NCBI GenBank assembly: GCA_030141605.1
Contig: JAQGDQ010000322.1
Location: 186,001-250,000, forward strand
Source of the DNA: Tubiluchus corallicola
Taxonomy: Eukaryota; Animalia; Priapulida
Reading direction: 5' to 3'
Length of the DNA: 64,000 bases
The notes under the pieces were generated by a model. It worked only from the letters and a program-made list of their open reading frames with translations, did not search any database and had not been told where the DNA came from. Shown here one piece after another: positions 11,801 to 24,571 of the stretch. Made by a program: the position numbers and the translations under genes. Every line of letters starts with the position of its first letter. Within the stretch, counting starts at the first letter, position 1.

Positions 11801-14141
11801 GCACAGACATAACTAAATGATTACAAGTCAGATACTGTTCTATTCAGGAGAATCACGGCTATCTAATTATGCTGTTTGTTTAAACATTTATAAGTGATTT
11901 AATTGGATAAGATTAAGAAAAACACACCCTCGTCAGACACTCCAACTTACCCAATTGAGCAGCTTAGTCTGGGGTACACTTGTCTGATCGTTATAGATTT
12001 AGATGCGCATAGAAAGATTGCTAACTACCGTATAGAACAATACTTCAAAAGTGTGGCGCTCAAGGGCCGTTTTCACTTAACAATCGAATGCAGTTTCTCC
12101 TTTCATGAATTTACAATGCTTACCATAACTTTCGGAACAAGCGGTTGCGTGGAAAATATCCCGTACAATAGGTAGAGTCCACCAACACGTTGCTGAAATG
12201 ATTCGGAATGAAGGCATATCCTCAAAGCTATTTGCAAACATTCCTCGGTAAACTGCAAATGAAAAAACATAAATAATCTTGCATGTTTGTTAGTAGCGAA
12301 TCAAAGTTACGGTAAATTAAACTTACCTAGAAGCACCTTACAAATTTGGTAGTTCATAGAGTAAACTATTCTTAATTCTGGTAACATTCATAGATATTTA
12401 CAAAAACAAGATTTATGAGACATTTAGCATTTAGACATTTAGCATGCTAGTACAATTCATTTCTTTATTATTTCTTTTTTTTGCTCATTTAGAATATGAA
12501 ATTTCGTTTTTGGCATTTTTTTATGTTATATAGATGTAAACCAGTGCATAATTCAATATTTCGTTATTTTTGATTAGTTATCGTCTGCACTGCATGCGAA
12601 ATATTTATAACAAACTGAGTTGGGGTGGCTGATACGATAACGCATGTTCTTCGCCACCCCTTCCCATCTGATTGGCTATTATAATTATGCTACTAAGCTT
12701 TAATCGATGTTGTATGTGGGAAAAACAATAAATAATTTGATTTGATTTGTTATAAAGTTGCATTTAAAAACAAATTTTCTGAACAGCAAACATTAACACA
12801 CGTTTACTACAACAAAAATGTCTAATTCATTCAAGAAGTTGTGCTACATTCTTTTTGAAGACCTTAACTGCTAGCTTCTCCTTTTTTAGCAGTGCAAACT
12901 TTTGTATCATTTTGCTGAGAAAACATAATCTTGATTCACTATCTTTTCTTACTCTAATTTACACATCTCATAAAAACAACTTCATAGAAATTCATTGAAT
13001 TTTACAAGTGAGTCAAATAAATAATTTTAAATAATATGCTATCATAAATAATCTTGCAAGTAATTAGCAGAGGACAAAATGGCTCTTACCATAATGCGTT
13101 CTTTCTCACTAGGTCTCAAACTGAAATATAAAAAAGCTGTTTTATAAACGTTAAATTAATAATAACCTCAAAAATGAAACTTGGAGATTTTTCACATGTA
13201 TGCAGTTCAAAACATTCATTCTGAAAACACCGTATGCAGAGTTCATTTGCAGGTATTGCTGTACAAAACATGAAAAATCAAACTTTGATCATGTACAGAT
13301 GTGGTGGTGGTGCTGATGGTAACTGATACACTGCATTAGCTAGCTTTCTTATATAGGTAACTGATTATATAAATTAACACAGATGCACAGTCAGCAATTA
13401 CTGAGCATGCTCAAAGTGAAGCACTGAGCTGTTGTTATCGCTCAAGGTCCTGTGAAGGTGTTCTTAATGGCACACTGAGTAGGGGAGTGCTATTACACTA
13501 GGCTAGGACAGCATTATACACATTAGATCACATTCATAACAAACTTGTTTCTGCAACATCTACGAAGCATCTTAATTCAGAACGTTATTCTTGACAAAAT
13601 AGACTCTGACCCCGCCGTTCACAGAACTCTCAAGTTGCAGAAGTACTACAGAGTGAGACTTAAGAAATGACAGCACAAAGGAGAGGGTAGGAGGTGCGAT
13701 TTACACCCAAGTACCTGATGCATTTCCCTCCAGAGAGTAGCACCAGAATGTCAAATTAAAAAAAGAAATAACACTAAACAAAAAACATATCGCTACAGGC
13801 TAAAAACGCAGGATGGCTTGTTTGAAACTCATAATTCTCGTACGTACATTTGCTAGTTCCCAGTTCAAAATCACATTACGAATAGACAGGCATGAAGGTA
13901 AAAATGAATCAGTTTAGTAATCAATTGACAATAATCTGTACATGCCTAAAAATTACCTGAACACCAGGGAAAATTTCATTTCCTGCCAAACCTTCGCAAA
14001 CTGCTCAAATCGCACGCTGTTGGTTTGCGCAAATTTGTCAAGCAACTTATTGCAATCTGTCTGAAAACCAGCGACAAGAAATGATGGAACCTCCGTCACG
14101 GCAGGCGCAACATCCCAACGGGCTGCTTGGTTCACTGCCAT
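2823..14141 (-). CDS. SNAPC1: snRNA-activating protein complex subunit 1 (SNAP43), ~474 aa, 10 coding exons
   Basis: Exons 14141-13957, 13120-13090, 12252-12124, 10705-10565, 10474-10367, 8887-8766, 6423-6381, 5164-5093, 4166-3992, 3241-2823; all GT-AG with consistent phases. Translation includes GFQTDCNKLLDKFAQTNSVRFEQFAKVWQEMKF, FQQRVGGLYLLYGIFSTQ, IRVVL..W, HHDARFIFLKLKLCNAFAF and LSMPVYVEEE, matching SNAPC1 motifs. Confidence 0.92.
4502..4642. mobile_element. Short MITE-like element with terminal inverted repeats
   Basis: CGTTCACACTAG ... CTAGTCTGAACG imperfect inverted ends; a similar end motif lies at ~4405. Confidence 0.35.
6081..6212. repeat. 34-bp tandem repeat, ~4 copies
   Basis: Unit TTCACTAGGTGGCAGTAGGTGTTAAACAATTCTA. 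Confidence 0.95.
6548..6775 (+). mobile_element. Decayed Penelope-like GIY-YIG fragment
   Basis: Similar to 27520-27890 (GCTTACCATGG..ACATCCAGAC, GAACATTTGG, GACTTATTAATAAAAGAAAG). Confidence 0.6.
8900..9470 (+). mobile_element. 3' fragment of an L2/CR1-group LINE
   Basis: YSTR..RIKYCRT..GPRLWNNINEYIKNSLSINNFKRNFK resembles the ORF2 C-terminus; ends in (AATA)n. Confidence 0.6.
9806..10291. mobile_element. Tc1/mariner (Tigger/pogo-like) MITE
   Basis: Left TAGTAAGTCTTCGCTTAACGAC versus right GTCGCTAAACAAGGACTTACTG|TA: imperfect TIRs with a TA flank. Confidence 0.6.
10955..11680. mobile_element. Dispersed non-autonomous element with an internal 20/21-bp tandem array (~11005-11397)
   Basis: Array unit GTGCATCGTGATTTTTCGTA(A/C). 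Flanks (TTCACTTGAAAATCATGACGTAACTGGGA ... CTTAAACTAATTCA ...) recur at 36775-37110. Confidence 0.7.
11733..11990. mobile_element. Truncated copy of the TTAA-flanked MITE at 51575-52270
   Basis: AACTCCTTCAGGACTGCA...TTTCTGCTACTGTATGAG...CACTTG aligns with 51573-51810. Confidence 0.75.
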
Positions 14142-15339
14142 CTTCACACCAGAAATGTAGAGATAACTGAAGGAAAATTATTGCCTCAAATGCTGGATTA
14201 AATTACACTTTCTAATCAGACGAGCTGAAATGCATTACTTCGTAACTTAAAAACAAAACGGGAGCGAAAATCTCATGCATGGAAACTTCTGTAGCACAAC
14301 ATAAATTTGACATCAAGATCAACTCAAACAGGTTTTATTGATAGACATCGCTGGCTGAATAACGGAAAGTCTGAAGAGGCAGATTTGTATCAATCACCAT
14401 AAAATTTAATAAACTATAATAATAAATGCAATTAAAACAACTTCACTTTGGCAGCAGATATTTGGACAGTGAATACTTGGGCAACAGGAAGTGGACGTTT
14501 GGGAAATTGGACATCAATACTTTTAATAGGCCTATTATTACTTAATTCATTACTTACCTAACAACCTACCTAAGTACTTACTTACACACGTGCTTACTTA
14601 CTTACTTACGTACATACTCACTCACTCTTCTGTTACTTACTTACAATAGGACAGAATAAATTCCAGTAGAATGAGTGCAATGGAACAAAATAGATCACAG
14701 TAGAACAGCTAGAACACTAAGAGTATAGAACAGGACAGAATGTAATAGCACCAAACGTGTAATGTAATGTAATGTAACTGAACAAAAGTTATCAAACAAG
14801 CTATTTGTATGTTAGTGTGCCCACCAACACCCCTGTTTTGGGTCAGTAAGCCCATGTCATGTCAAAACAGTTTAAATTTAGGTAGATGAATTGGCAAGCA
14901 TGCAGGTAGATAGACAGACAGCTAAATACCTTAGCTAGGTAGGTATTTAGATAGGTAAGTAGAGGTATTTAGGTATGTAGGTTGTTAGGTAGGTTGATGG
15001 GTAGACAGGTAGGTAGGTGAATAGTAAGTAAGTGGGGTTATAGCCTACAGGTTGGTAGGTATACAGTTTAACATGTCTATTTTGCTTTGTATAAAATTAT
15101 TGCTTTCATGTCTTTCCATCCAGAATCTGAATTTTCAGTGTTGACGATTATTGACTAGATTTTGCTTTGCAAATTAGCTCACTTGATAATGAACTTTTCC
15201 ATTTACAATCCACTTTTTTATTTGCCTGTACCAGATGTTGAATGCCACCTGCTCGTGAATTTAATTAAGTGACCAGTTTTTTTGGGTTCTAATTAGTTTA
15301 TCTTAATATCTGCTTAGCATAGCTTATCTAAGAAACACT

Positions 15340-16610
15340 CTACCTCTGTGTGTGCCAGCTTGGGTGCTCCTGTATGAGATTTCTAGTGCATGCAGATTTG
15401 TCCAAGCGTGTTTTGAAGGCACTGACTGTAGTGGTATTGATGACTGCAATGCAGTGCAGTGAATTCCATGTGTTTACCTCTGCATTTGAGAAATTAAACT
15501 TATATACATCCAGACTGAAGTTTTTTACATACAATGCATTTATGGTCTGTAGTTACTTGAATGGCAAAATCGAAGAAAAATGCAGGATCCAAGCCTGAAA
15601 CATCTGTGAACTGATCTTTTTATACAGTTCGACTAAGACACCTCTAGTACATGTGTATGCAAAGCTGCGTAACTTGAGTTCCTATCATCTGTTCTCATAT
15701 ATATGACTGTTTAAGCCAGAGACCACTCTTCTCTTATGGATTTCCTCTAGAGCTGAAGTATCCCTGACATATCCTTGGCTCCATACATGATTTACACATT
15801 CCAAGTGTGGCCTCACTATAGAGCCTTATTATATTGGTATGATGATATCTCTATTCCTACTAACAATTGTTCGGGAAGCAGCTCCAAGTGTCTAATTTGT
15901 CTTGGCAACTTTATCATTGATGTGTATAGGGTATTTGAGTTGGTCATCCATACCAACACTCAAATATTTCTCAGAAGTAACGAGTGATAGAAATATTCTG
16001 CCAAATTGATATTGGCATTCAGGATTGTTTTTTCCAAGATGTAGCACTTTGTGTTATATGTCTGCTCTGTTAAAAGTCATTTGCGAACATTTAGCCCACT
16101 AGTTTATTTTCTCTAAATAAGCTTGCAAGTCAGCAGCAGGTTGTGGCAACGATACACACCCTGCAAGCTTCGTATCATCTTTGAGTTAAATTTCGGGATG
16201 ATACCACTATCAATGTAGTCAATAAAGATCAAAACAGCAATGGTCCTATAGTACGCAACCTTGGGGTACTCCAAAAAGAAGGAAATGTCGGAAATGAAAG
16301 TGTTGATGTTTGTTTGTTCTGTATCATCACCATTTGTTTTCTATCTGTCAGCTATTCTTTGACTCACCTAAAAAGTTTACAATGTATATCATGTAGGCCC
16401 GTAGCTTAACAAGAATACGTCGATGAGGGACCACGGCTATGTCCACGTATATAATGTCAATTGAAGAACCAATGTCAATGCTCAAAGACGTCTAACAGGT
16501 TGGTTGCCAACTAAGTTTTTCAAATATGTTAGCGGCTACACTTGTCAAAGAGATTGGTCCATAGTTGCTGGCTACATTTCTGGAACCTTTCTTGTGACTA
16601 GGTGTAATAT
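15340..16610 (-). mobile_element. Decayed CR1-like LINE reverse-transcriptase region
   Basis: Minus strand gives GVPQGCVL*GPLLFLIFIDYID (~16270-16210), then DTKLAG, and FSNAEVNTWNSL...VSAFKTRLDK; multiple stops and frameshifts. Confidence 0.85.
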
Positions 16611-19116
16611 ATTATAGGTATTATTAGTTTTAATAAGGTTTGTCGTTTCTCGGTTCGTTATTACCAAAATAACAGCAAATTTACAATAGCGTTTGGATCA
16701 CGTAAATGACAAGAACTTTCATTTACTTCATCAACTTCGAAGGTTTCTGCTTGTGTTACGCACGTGAAAACTGAAAAGGTAAGATTAGAATTGTTCAAAC
16801 AGAAAAATTTCATTATACGTACATAACAAAAATTAAAAACATCAATTAGATATGCCCGAAAAAAGGAAAAAATACATTAAAACAGGTGTGATCAAGGGGT
16901 GCATTACATGCACCTGGAGAAATTGCAGACCTATTATGTATCCAGCTTTTCCATGCTGTATCATTTCTTAAGAAACGTATCTGGGTATCTGAGAAAAGGT
17001 AACAATTGGCATTTAAAATTATAAAATAAAACAGTTATCGATTAGTTGTGTCAGGTGAAACTAATTAAGAATTTCCAGCAATAGGTTTTGTGGAGCCCTT
17101 GATAACCGTTCTTGGGTACTAAAACGCACATCATTAATTATGATTTGGTTAACATTTATATTATGCCATGAAGTAACAAAAATGATAAAAATATCAATTA
17201 GATGTGCCTGGAAGTAGGTCATCAATGCATTAAAACAGGTGTAATCAAGGTAGTACATGCCCTATGATAAAAGATTACAGATTTAAGGTATTATTTTTAA
17301 AATTATTTTTGAAAAAAATAACTTTAAAATGCTCTTGGATTAGTTCTACAAAGAATTAATTAATGCGTTGCCATGACAACGGAGTTTCTTCATCCTAGAT
17401 TTTTACCTGTACAAGAGGAAAACATGGATTTGGCACTAAACACAGAAAAATCACTTCAATGGCTGTGTGTAACCAACTAAATCCCACTTTCTAAAACGCA
17501 TAGGTTTCATATCGTAAATTTCGTAATACTCACGAAAATGCTGTTTTCCCGGTTTTTCCTGTAAAAATTTTCCCTAGCATAAATCTGAAGATGCAAAGTG
17601 TTTATGAATATCTGTTCTATGTACACTGAGCTACCAAAAGTCATATTAACAATTAACTACCAGCTGAATTGGCATCTTTTATAACAGTCCAAAGTTGACA
17701 AGTTAGCACACTTTCGTAAAAGGTCCATTTTCACACCTGTTAAGGTAAAACATCATTTGGATGAATTTTGGATGCTGGAAAAATGAATACTATGTTGCCA
17801 TAGGACTTGATATGATTATTTCTCGTGCAATGCACTCCATTTAACAACACTAACATTCTAAAACCTGTATTTGGAATTTTTAGTTATAAATAATAGAATG
17901 CTAAAAGTACAATTTTCAACTTTTTGCTCAAACCGGACTTAGCCATTTTTTGTTACTTCTAAAACACGAGCGTTTTTTTGAACTTTAAATGACCGCCATT
18001 TCAAGACAAACTAATTATTTTAAATCTGTTTTTTTTTAATTAACTATATGCTCATAGCACTATCAAATGAGCACAGTTGCGACTATGGTGGCGCGCTCTA
18101 CAATTTTCGTTCAGCCACCCTAATAATAATATGTGTGCTTGCATAGCAAAGACGTTTATAACTTGGCAGTTAGGCTTTTCTAGTTATTCACATATCTTGA
18201 ATCTCCATTTGATGAGGATAATTTTTATACCAAGCTCAACTGTCTATGTTATTTCTAAGCTGAGATAATCCATGTTGAAGTTGAGGTGCAGAGGCTACAC
18301 ACTGAAAAACATAATCTTGAGAGAAATCGCTGTTAAAGTTTGACTTTTTTTTTGCATTTCTACAAAACACTTAACACCTGTACGAAAGGTTGGTTGCCAT
18401 GGAATTTGCATGAGCACCTTGAAATTATGTTCAAATCCAGTAGATGGCTGTTCCAGACAAATATCTGGGTTTGCTAACAGAAAAAAAACCGCAAGTAAAA
18501 TGACTTCTTCCATGGGCTACTGTGGGAATTTCAAAATACGAGTTTTTCACAATTGCAGTACTAGTTTCTAGCCAGAAACGTACATGGTACGGGGTTATAA
18601 AATTAAATTTTTAGTATATTTTTTTTAACATTTTCCTGATGATTTGATGCTAGAATGTAAAAGCCCAATATATTTTGCATTCGTTTTTATTAAAAAAACA
18701 AAAAATTGAGATTTGACCCAATTTTTACTACTTTTTACTTTGAAGTATCATAACACGTTTAACTATGCAGACTTATTGATGAATTTGATTTGCAAACATA
18801 CAAATGTTAAGTCTTAGCACTCTGGTCGAGTCTAAGTTTTGTTCATAGATAATTGCATGAATTGCAGTGCATCTCTTCTGTTCGTAAGAGCTCCATTTTG
18901 GTTTTTGTTAAATCTAAAATTATTAATCTTGTTGTTAGCCCAGTAAATTTTCATAGATTTTTACAATTAAACTCTGTGTATAGATACATCAGTTATCAGA
19001 ATTCGTTTTTTTTACTTAGTAATTGGTTAGACAGACAATTTTTATACAATTTTATGTAGAACCAATAGCCAATATATTGGTAATATATTTTTTACAGCTT
19101 CCTCTTGATTGTCACA

Positions 19117-22100
19117 ATGGTTAGAAAATTAAAATTTCATGAGAAGAAATTGCTGCGAAAGGTCGACTTCATTTCTTGGGAGGTCGACAACAATTTGCAC
19201 GAAGTTCGGATAATGAGGAAGTTTCACATCCAGAAGAGAGAAGATTACACGACGTACGGCATTCACAACTTTATTTTTTATAATATTTTGGACTAATATT
19301 GTTGAGGGATATGCTTTAGTATTTGTTTAATATGTGTAAAAGAAAAGACAGTTTTATTTTGCGTCTCCCTTAGTACATAAAACCATTTTAATTTGACTTT
19401 TATTAAGAAACCGTATTTATAAGTAGTTCTGTTTCAGTGTTTGTCAACTTTCTTTTTTCTCTGTAGTATTTTTAGTTTTGCACAAATAATTGTGAATAAT
19501 GTGAATTTCTGATTACTGAGGTAGAAATTATTGCTAAATTCTTTTTCACATTTCCGCTTTTCAATTCAGACAAATTTGGTTTCAGATTTTAACAATTTAC
19601 TTTATCACGATTGGCTTCATCATCATTTTTGAAATTCATTAAATCTCGTTTACAAACGTTTAGTAGTTTACTGTACATGCATGAATTCAAAAAAACATTT
19701 CACCAAGTTTGACGTGGATAAACGAGTTCTTTCATGTTCCATCACAGTTTGGCTGCTGCTGACCTACATTGCAACATGCCTAGTGTTTGCCTAATCATAA
19801 TCATCAAATATCAGTTCTATAGATATGAGTGATCAGCGGTCATACTGCTGAACTTTACATCGTGAGAATCTTGCCTTTGTCACCGTTAGGTAGCTCTTAC
19901 GTAGCTTGCGGATGCATTTTGGGGATGCAGAATAGATAAAATCGGTTTACATTGTTTTCAATGCAGCCTGCGTATGCATTGTTCTTTTTCTGCAGCTATT
20001 CCGACTGATTTCTTTCTGCAGGTGGAAACACGTCCGTATCCCGGATGCTACGTGAACTCCACTTTAACAGTCTTTGTTTTTCTTTTAGTTTTTATTCAAA
20101 CGTATTGTTGTTTAGTGATTGAAACTAGTTTTCTAAGCTTTGATATACTTTCAGATATAACAGATTTTCAAGAAACATACGAGAATTAGCTAGAAAAATA
20201 AAGGATCTGGATCAGAAGGATGAATTCAGAACTGAGGCAACTGCACAACTCTTAGAAAAATTGTGAGTGTGCGCATGATGAAAATTATACTTTTACACTT
20301 GAATATCAGCAGTAAACACAATAATTATTATAACATCATTTTTCGAGGAAAGCAGGACGTAGCTATGTTTTTCTATAGCTAATTCTTAGCCAGGGTTGCC
20401 ATTTTGTATGATGCTTATTGTATTGAAAGCTAAAAAGTATGGAATTTTCTATACTATACGAACGAGAGACTATACAATCATCGATAATTATACACCAATT
20501 TAGTAATGTGAAACTAAAAAACAAAGTGCATTTCTTCACACTTTGTCTTTTAGTTTTGCATTACTAAATTGTTATATAATTATCGATGATTGTATAGTCT
20601 CATGTTTATAAAATGAGCATGTATGTTCTAATAATTATGGTATAAGCAGCAGTCTGTCATATAGAAGTTCATATTGATCTGTGCCTAAAAACTAAAACTC
20701 TGTTTATGTCATTAGTAGTTGAACACCAGTCATTATTATTGAGCTTACCTGTGCTACAAAACCTTACACCACCAACAGTTTATGCTGCACATACAGGTAC
20801 ATTTTCTGGAAAAACTTATACTAGCTTAAGTGCACAGAAATGGAAATTTGAAATTGTATTTCAAAAAATCTTCCATACAAAGATATAATGCTCGGTATTA
20901 CGTGTACCTGTTTTAAAGACATGTAACTGAAAAGGAAAGTAATTTATAATTTGAAAATGTTTGTACTGACGAGTAAAATGTCACTGTTTCACTATCCCAG
21001 TGTGCACCACTGATTCACTAAAAGGTATGTTATTGATTTTATTGATAGTATAAAGTAATTTAAACTTTTGCTTAATTAACAAAGAGTGCGCTACAAATAC
21101 ATTGATTATTTATTTCAAATTTTACTGTGTGGCATCTAAACTTGTTTCAAGCTACTTACTGTTGAAAAGGCTGTGCCTAATGGTCATTGGTTGGTTGGTT
21201 GGCATCCTTCTGTCTCGGAAGACAATGGAGTGTGCACCAAGTCATTGATCACATTGATGGAGCTGCAGCGTCGACTGTGGCTGAGCAGTCCGATCTTTGA
21301 ACATCTCCAGGGCGCATGCCTGGGCAGGGTGTATGGAGATCCTGAGTTGCCCAGACAACAGGAACCCCCTCTCTTCCTCGCTGGTGTAGTCCAAAGGAAA
21401 GCGGAGCGATACATTTGGCTCCAGGTTGGCTGCAGGAGCTGCCGGAGTCAGTGAGCATGCTGCACTGGTCCGCCTTCGGGGCTCCACTCCTGATTTGGAA
21501 GGTTTACTCCTCTACACATGGCCGTTTGATCACTTGACCTCCTCCGCCCTCTAGCCGACGGCTGCCTTGTGCAGCTCCTCCACCTAGTGTCGAGATACAG
21601 TGTGGGCATCTCGCAAGCCTACAGCACCTGGTATTCCTAGGCGGTCACCCATCCAAGTACTAACCAGGCTCTGCGTTGCTTAACTTCGGTGATCAGACGA
21701 GAACCGGTGTTTTCAACGTGATTTGGCCGTAGTTAAATATGGTCATTACTCGAGTTTAAATTTACAAGTTTTGTACAATGTTACTGCTAATGCAAGCTCT
21801 ATAGACAGTAAGATAGCTTGCAAGTGATACAAAATTTTAAGATTTTTTTAGTTTTATGTAGAATTAAACGGTTTTCATCTCCTTTAACTTAATTTCTGCG
21901 TGATCGTTGTGTTAAGTAACTGTTAATTCTTGACGTTGTTTTCAGGTATGCCATGGGTTTAATACCAACGAAAAGAAGTTTAGCTTTGTGTGATAAAGTT
22001 TCAGCATCTTCATTTTGCAGGTAAATATCACTGGTAAAGATCACATAGTTGTTTGCTACGTGTCTTTTCAGTTCCTTCAGAAAAAGTATGACAGTTTATA

Positions 22101-24571
22101 TTTGATATTTGAAAGTTGACATTTTAAACGATGGACTTTGCGTAATTCAGTTCTGTTAAATTCGGAATTTTGTTCATCTCAGATGTACTCTGTCTGTAGA
22201 ATGGATTTGTTTATATATATTTTAATGCTTAAAGCAACAGCGAAACTCTGTATTTTTAACTTAGTATATTGCTGAATTCAGTACATCCTAGAAGATCAGC
22301 TTGTGGTGTTCAAGTGTGAGCATATCAGCTTGTGGTGTTCAGGTGTGAGCATTTCAGTCCTGTTGTTCAGGTGTGAGCATTTCAGTCTTGATGTTCAGGT
22401 GTGAGCATTTCAGTCCTATTGTTCAGGTGTGAGCATTTCAGTCCTAATGTTGAGGTGTGAGCATTTCAGTCCTGGTGTTCAAGTGTGAGCATTTCAGTCT
22501 TGGTGTTCAAGTGTGAGCATTTCAGTCCTGGTGTTCAAGTGTGAGCATTTCAGTCCTAATGTTGAGGTGTGAGCATTTCAGTCCTGGTGTTCAAGTGTGA
22601 GCATTTCAGTCTTGGTGTTCAAGTGTGAGCATTTCAGTCCTGGTGTTCAAGTGTGAGCATTTCAGTCCTGGTGTTCAAGTGTGAGCATTTCAGTCTTGGT
22701 GTTCAAGTGTGAGCATTTCAGTCATGTTGTTCAGGTGTGAGCATTTTATTCTTGATGTTCAGGTGTGAATATTATAGTCTTGATGTTCAGGTGTGAACAT
22801 TTTAGTCTTGATGTTCAGGTGTGAACATTTTAGTCTTGATGTTCAGGTGTGAACATTTTAGTCTTGATGTTCAGGTGTGAACATTTTAGTCTTGATGTTC
22901 AGGTGTGAACATTTTAGTCTTGATGTTCAGGTGTGAACATTTTAGTCTTGATGTTCAGGTGTGAACATTTTAGTCTTGATGTTCAGGTGTGAACATTTTA
23001 GTCTTGATGTTCAGGTGTGAACATTTTAGTCTTGATGTTCAGTGTGAGCATTTCAGCATTGATGTTCAGGTGTGAACATTTCAGTCTTGATGTTCAGGTG
23101 TGAACATTTTAGTCTTGATGTGCAGTGTGAGCATTTCAGTCTTAATGTTCAGTGTGAGCATTTCAGCATTGATGTTCAGGTGTGAGCATTTTATTCTTGA
23201 TGTTCAGGTGTGAACATTTTATTCTTGATGTTCAGGTGTGAACATTTTAGTCTTGATGTTCAGGTGTGAACATTTCAGTCTTGATGTTCAGTGTGAGCAT
23301 TTCAGCATTGATGTTCAGGTGTGAACATTTTAGTCTTGATGTTCAGGTGTGAACATTTTAGTCTTGATGTTCAGGTGTGAACATTTTAGTCTTGATGTTC
23401 AGGTGTGAACATTTTAGTCTTGATGTTCAAGTGTGAACATTTTAGTCTTGATGTTCAGGTGTGAACATTTTAGTCTTGATGTTCAGGTGTGAGCATTTTA
23501 TTCTCGATGTTCAAGTGTGAACATTTTAGTCAGGATGTTCAGATCCAAGCTTTAAAGTCGTAACTTGATTTCACTCTATAAATCACAGAAGACAAGCTTC
23601 TCCTTCGAATGCCTTGCAGCTTGTATGGTACAAATGTTCTTTGTTTTGTACAGGCGACGATTACCAGTGCTCATGGTTCGTAATCACATGTCAGAATCTT
23701 GCAGAATTGCCACTCAGTTCGTTGAACAAGGACATGTTCGTGTCGGACCGGAAGTAGTGATGGATCCAGCATTTCTGGTACCACGGTGCGTGTCGTTGAA
23801 AGAATATTCATGCTTTAGTAAATGATGATAATGTTATAACTGACACTTTACTTGTTGGTTAATGAAGGACAAGAAAAGGGGTACCAGAAGTATATTTCAG
23901 AAAAATCGCCTTTAAAATCGCGTTACTTTACAGCATTTTTATGCATTTATCGTACTGGCGTTGAACCATATTAGTTATGAGCCATCGAATTCTTGTGCTT
24001 ATTGTTCGTTTTATGGATTCATTGAGAAACTATGTCTGCTAGTATTGAGGTTTTGTGCATACATGTTGTACCAAAAGTTTTGTGATTTTTCAGAGCACTA
24101 GAAGATTTTGTGACTTGGACTGACTCTTCAGCGATTAGGAAACACGTCTTGCAGTATAATGAAATGGTGAGAAGGGTTCATTTTCAGTTACTTTTCTATA
24201 AACAGTAGCATTTATAAAGCTTTCTTCCACTTTCACTTACTGAAATGTTTATAAAATTCTTTGTTTTTTGAGATTACTTTATAAATTAATAACATTATGG
24301 ATAACATTGCTCATTTCTAAACGATGAAATATGTGATTAAGCTTGAACTTTTTGCAGTTTTGTAATCAGTGGGTGATTAAGAATGAACACTTTTTGTATG
24401 ACGTATGTGACAGGTGGAATATGTGATTAAGCTTGAACTTTTTGCAGTTTTGTAATCAGTGGGTGATTAAGAATGAATACTTTTTATTTTGTTTGGTTCT
24501 TTCTGCGCACTTTCCTATTTCAGCTTTTATTAATTTGTAATTTTTAGAGGGATGATTACGATGTATCATAG
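19117..24571 (+). CDS. IMP3: U3 snoRNP protein IMP3, 182 aa, 6 exons
   Basis: Exons 19117-19253, 20155-20262, 21946-22020, 23654-23785, 24094-24166, 24548-24571. Translation [18 protein letters not shown]...[15 protein letters not shown]...[21 protein letters not shown]...EDFVTW...RDDYD (S4 RNA-binding domain). Confidence 0.97.
20466..20601. repeat. Inverted repeat (~55-bp arms), foldback/MITE-like
   Basis: GAGACTATACAATCATCGATAATTATA...AACTAAAA versus TTTTAGTT...TATAATTATCGATGATTGTATAGTCTC. Confidence 0.85.
21189..21738 (-). mobile_element. 5S-rRNA-headed SINE (SINE3 type) with GC-rich body and (CCAA)n tail
   Basis: Full 5S-like head, ~420-bp body, tail GATGCCAACCAACCAACCAA, and a 9-bp TSD ATGGTCATT at 21180-21188 and 21739-21747. 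Confidence 0.88.
21615..21734 (-). rRNA. 5S rRNA-like sequence (SINE head, probably not a true rRNA gene)
   Basis: Minus strand AACTACGGCCAAATCACGTTGAAAACACCGGTTCTCGTCTGATCACCGAAGTTAAGCAACG...TTAGTACTTGGATGGGTGACCGCCTAGGAATACCAGGTGCTGTAGGCTT; boxes A and C are recognisable; no oligo-T terminator follows. Confidence 0.75.
22295..23542. repeat. 28-bp minisatellite (~44 copies) in IMP3 intron 3
   Basis: Units GTGTGAGCATTTCAGTCCTGGTGTTCAA and GTGTGAACATTTTAGTCTTGATGTTCAG. Confidence 0.97.
24327..24485. repeat. Local direct duplication (~65 bp, period ~90)
   Basis: AATATGTGATTAAGCTTGAACTTTTTGCAG...AAGAATGAA occurs twice. Confidence 0.9.

Larger units (their letters stand above)
20900..21887. mobile_element. 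Partial copy of a TTAA-ended (Kolobok-like) MITE, interrupted by a SINE
   Basis: Similar to 41110-41790 and 42385-42952; ends TTTTCATCTCCTTTAA, the reverse complement of the family left end TAAAGGAGAAGAAAA. Confidence 0.6.

Noticed and set aside
21173-21487. Four overlapping short ORFs
   Set aside because: By-products of the GC-rich SINE body.
21615-21734. Functional stand-alone 5S rRNA gene
   Set aside because: No oligo-T terminator, altered 5' end, and enclosed with a body and tail inside a TSD.
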